From positions 1-9,211 of IMG/VR virus record IMGVR_UViG_2609460356_000005: 9,211 nt of DNA; one strand, 5' to 3'. This document shows, piece by piece, positions 7,524 to 9,211 of this stretch (its first letter is position 1; each line of letters opens with the position of its first letter). A program made the position numbers and the translations under genes. Below the pieces are notes generated by a model. The model made no database searches, was not told the DNA's origin, and worked only from the letters and a program-made list of their open reading frames with translations. The stretch is from a virus (taxonomy: Duplodnaviria; Heunggongvirae; Uroviricota; Caudoviricetes).

Positions 7524-8369
7524 TTAGTCGTAATACCCTTCCCACCAGCTTGAAGTATCTGCATGGAATGCCCCTTCATCACACTCTAAACTTTCAGGGG
7601 CATACACTGGACTTCTCACCTCGCAGGTAAATGGGAATGTCTCACTACCTACAGCACCAATATCATTTCGCAAATCGGAATTAGATCCCCATTGCAACCC
7701 GACACCTACAGAACCAATAACAGAGAAAACTATTTCAGTATCATTTATTTCTACTATTTTAACATCATCAACATACACTTCATCAACCGAACTGTGTGTC
7801 GATAAAATATCAATTGATGTTACAGTTTCAGTTATCGAACTATGAATCGCGGCCTCACTAACGGCTTCATATAGCTTATTAATTATCTCCTTATGACACT
7901 CATCAAGCTTGGTGAAAAGAGCGCTGATACAGCCTTCAACCTCTCCGACCATTTGGAGGCCAGCATCATCATTAATTGGGAAAATATTTTCGCTGATGTG
8001 AGTAAATTTATTTAATGAATTGAATGCGTCACGTAACCTCGGAAAAACCCCAGCAACATTTACATCAAGCTCTTCCCTGACATATTCATCACTTAACCCA
8101 CCCTGGATTATATATTTGTAAGAGTCTTTTCTTGAGACCTGCTCTCTTTCATTCAAGCCAGGGAACCAATCACATGACTGAACATTTTTATCAGGTGCCA
8201 TGCGTTTTATGACGTGTAAAAATAGTTCTCTAAGTGCATAGGCATAATTACTGAAGCGAAGTTGATTATTTACATCTAAAAGATTGTAGATCGCAGAGTC
8301 AAACAATTGCCGTTCAAACTCTCCTTCCAGATGTTTATTGATCATCTGTAAATTATCGTTAGTTCGCAT
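7524..8369 (-). CDS. Hypothetical protein, 281 aa, AT-rich cargo gene (second gene of two-gene operon)
   Basis: ORF with ATG at 8367-8369 preceded by a GAGGAAG Shine-Dalgarno; 23-bp gap from the upstream small ORF. No family recognised. Contains an R-x4-H motif (RELFLH, aa 47-52) that could be, but need not be, a HEPN-type signature. AT-rich composition contrasts with the capsid module. Confidence 0.6.
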   Translation of the reverse strand: MRTNDNLQMINKHLEGEFERQLFDSAIYNLLDVNNQLRFSNYAYALRELFLHVIKRMAPDKNVQSCDWFPGLNEREQVSRKDSYKYIIQGGLSDEYVREELDVNVAGVFPRLRDAFNSLNKFTHISENIFPINDDAGLQMVGEVEGCISALFTKLDECHKEIINKLYEAVSEAAIHSSITETVTSIDILSTHSSVDEVYVDDVKIVEINDTEIVFSVIGSVGVGLQWGSNSDLRNDIGAVGSETFPFTCEVRSPVYAPESLECDEGAFHADTSSWWEGYYD

Positions 8370-8392
8370 TAACTCTTCCTCTGTAGACTTTA

Positions 8393-8737
8393 TTATCTTT
8401 CGACATTAAGCCAGTGAGACACAGCGTTTCCGCTGGATATTCTCGCATCATAAATGATTGACCTCAAATCTCCATTTGAACGTGCTGGATTGGACAGTTG
8501 TGCAGCAACATCATTGAGAAGTTCAATGTAAGAACGCAGTTCATCTGGTAAGTCAGCATATGGTGCATCCATAGCGTCAATGTAATCCTGATTTTCCCTT
8601 CGCTCAGCCAGAACAAAAGCCCTTAAAGCCAGATAGTCTGTCAGCGTTACTCCAGTTTTCTCATTCAGTTCTTCGATTGCACTATGCAGAAATTGGATAC
8701 CCTGAAACTTGTCTTTATGATTACCTAAAATTTCCAT
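8393..8737 (-). CDS. Hypothetical small protein, 114 aa (first gene of two-gene operon)
   Basis: ORF track starts at a TTG (8749). The ATG at 8735-8737 (MEILGNHKDKF...) with GAGG 6 nt upstream is preferred. Acidic, helical-looking protein with no recognised family. Stop TAA at 8393-8395. Confidence 0.55.
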   Translation of the reverse strand: MEILGNHKDKFQGIQFLHSAIEELNEKTGVTLTDYLALRAFVLAERRENQDYIDAMDAPYADLPDELRSYIELLNDVAAQLSNPARSNGDLRSIIYDARISSGNAVSHWLNVER

Positions 8738-8757
8738 CTGTAGCCTCAAAAAATAGA

Positions 8758-8785
8758 AATATACGTTTAAGTGTTCACCTGTTCA
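8758..8785 (-). promoter_or_regulatory. Putative sigma70-type promoter of the two-gene operon
   Basis: Minus strand: -35-like TGAACA (plus 8780-8785), 16-nt spacer, -10-like TATATT (plus 8758-8763), about 20 nt upstream of the GAGG/ATG of the small ORF. The -35 overlaps the tandem AGGTGAAC repeats. Prediction by eye only. Confidence 0.3.
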
Positions 8786-8878
8786 CCTTTGCATTTTTCC
8801 TATTTAAATTCATTGGGTTACAGGGTGAAGACTATAATTTTAAGTATTCACTAGTATTCACCCTAACCCTTCACCTTT
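8773..8878. repeat. Cluster of short direct and inverted GTTCACC-type repeats in the operon upstream region
   Basis: Exact tandem GTTCACCT x2 (8773-8780, 8781-8788). Exact AGTATTCAC x2 with 10-bp periodicity (8843-8851, 8853-8861). TTCACCTTT at 8782-8790 and 8870-8878. Inverted copy GGGTGAAG at 8823-8830. Confidence 0.55.
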
Positions 8879-8880
8879 TA

Positions 8881-9211
8881 GGTGATGCTGCCAACTTACT
8901 GATTTAGTGTATGATGGTGTTTTTGAGGTGCTCCAGTGGCTTCTGTTTCTATCAGCTGTCCCTCCTGTTCAGCTACTGACGGGGTGGTGCGTAATGGCAA
9001 AAGCACCGCCGGACATCAGCGCTATCTCTGCTCTCACTGCCGTAAAACATGGCAACTGCAGTTCACTTACACCGCTTCTCAACCCGGTACGCACCAGAAA
9101 ATCATTGATATGGCCATGAATGGCGTTGGATGCCGGGCAACAGCCCGCATTATGGGCGTTGGCCTCAACACGATTTTACGTCACTTAAAAAACTCAGGCC
9201 GCAGTCGGTAA
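8881..9211 (+). mobile_element. IS1 insertion sequence, left end and insA (element continues beyond window)
   Basis: Sequence from 8881 (GGTGATGCTGCCAACTTACTGATTTAGTGTATGATGGTG...) matches the IS1 left terminal inverted repeat and leader as remembered. It is followed by the InsA reading frame. A full IS1 is about 768 bp, so it would extend to about 9648. Confidence 0.9.
8936..9211 (+). CDS. insA: IS1 InsA (transposition regulator / N-terminal part of InsAB' transposase)
   Basis: 91-aa [94 protein letters not shown], recognised as IS1 InsA (zinc-finger CPSC...CSHC plus helix-turn-helix). Stop TAA at 9209-9211. Confidence 0.9.

Noticed and set aside
8738-8749. TTG start codon for the small operon protein (118-aa version)
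   Set aside because: An in-frame ATG four codons downstream (8735-8737) has a GAGG Shine-Dalgarno at ideal spacing. TTG has none upstream.
8677-9119. Plus-strand ORFs of 76 aa (8677-8907) and 70 aa (8907-9119)
   Set aside because: The first spans the operon promoter region and IS1 terminal repeat. The second overlaps insA in another frame. Both are hydrophobic nonsense-like translations.
1-9211. CRISPR arrays, tRNA/rRNA genes, attachment-site core repeats
   Set aside because: No regularly spaced direct repeats with unique spacers, no tRNA-like cloverleaf candidates and no rRNA-like sequence noticed. att sites cannot be assessed without both element ends.

Overview
The window is dominated by a GC-rich (~55% by eye), minus-strand phage-type head and DNA-packaging module spanning about 931-7291. 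In transcription order it encodes HK97-like major capsid protein, prohead protease, portal, head-closure protein, gp6-like head-tail connector, HNH endonuclease, a 50-aa ORF, TerS and TerL. This order is permuted relative to canonical HK97-like phages, and no tail, lysis or replication genes are in view. That fits a capsid-forming satellite (cf-PICI-like element) or a rearranged prophage fragment; the window is too short to decide. The module is flanked on both sides by AT-rich cargo of different composition. On the left (1-894, +) is a legumain/caspase-like clan CD cysteine peptidase gene convergent on terL. On the right (7524-8737, -) is a self-contained two-gene operon of unrecognised proteins (114 aa then 281 aa) with its own repeat-rich promoter and intrinsic terminator. 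An IS1 element abuts that promoter; its left end and complete insA occupy 8881-9211. The two AT-rich cargo loci are the best candidates for an undescribed accessory system, possibly anti-phage or toxin-like, but no function can be assigned from sequence alone. All homology statements are from memory of protein families, not from searches.
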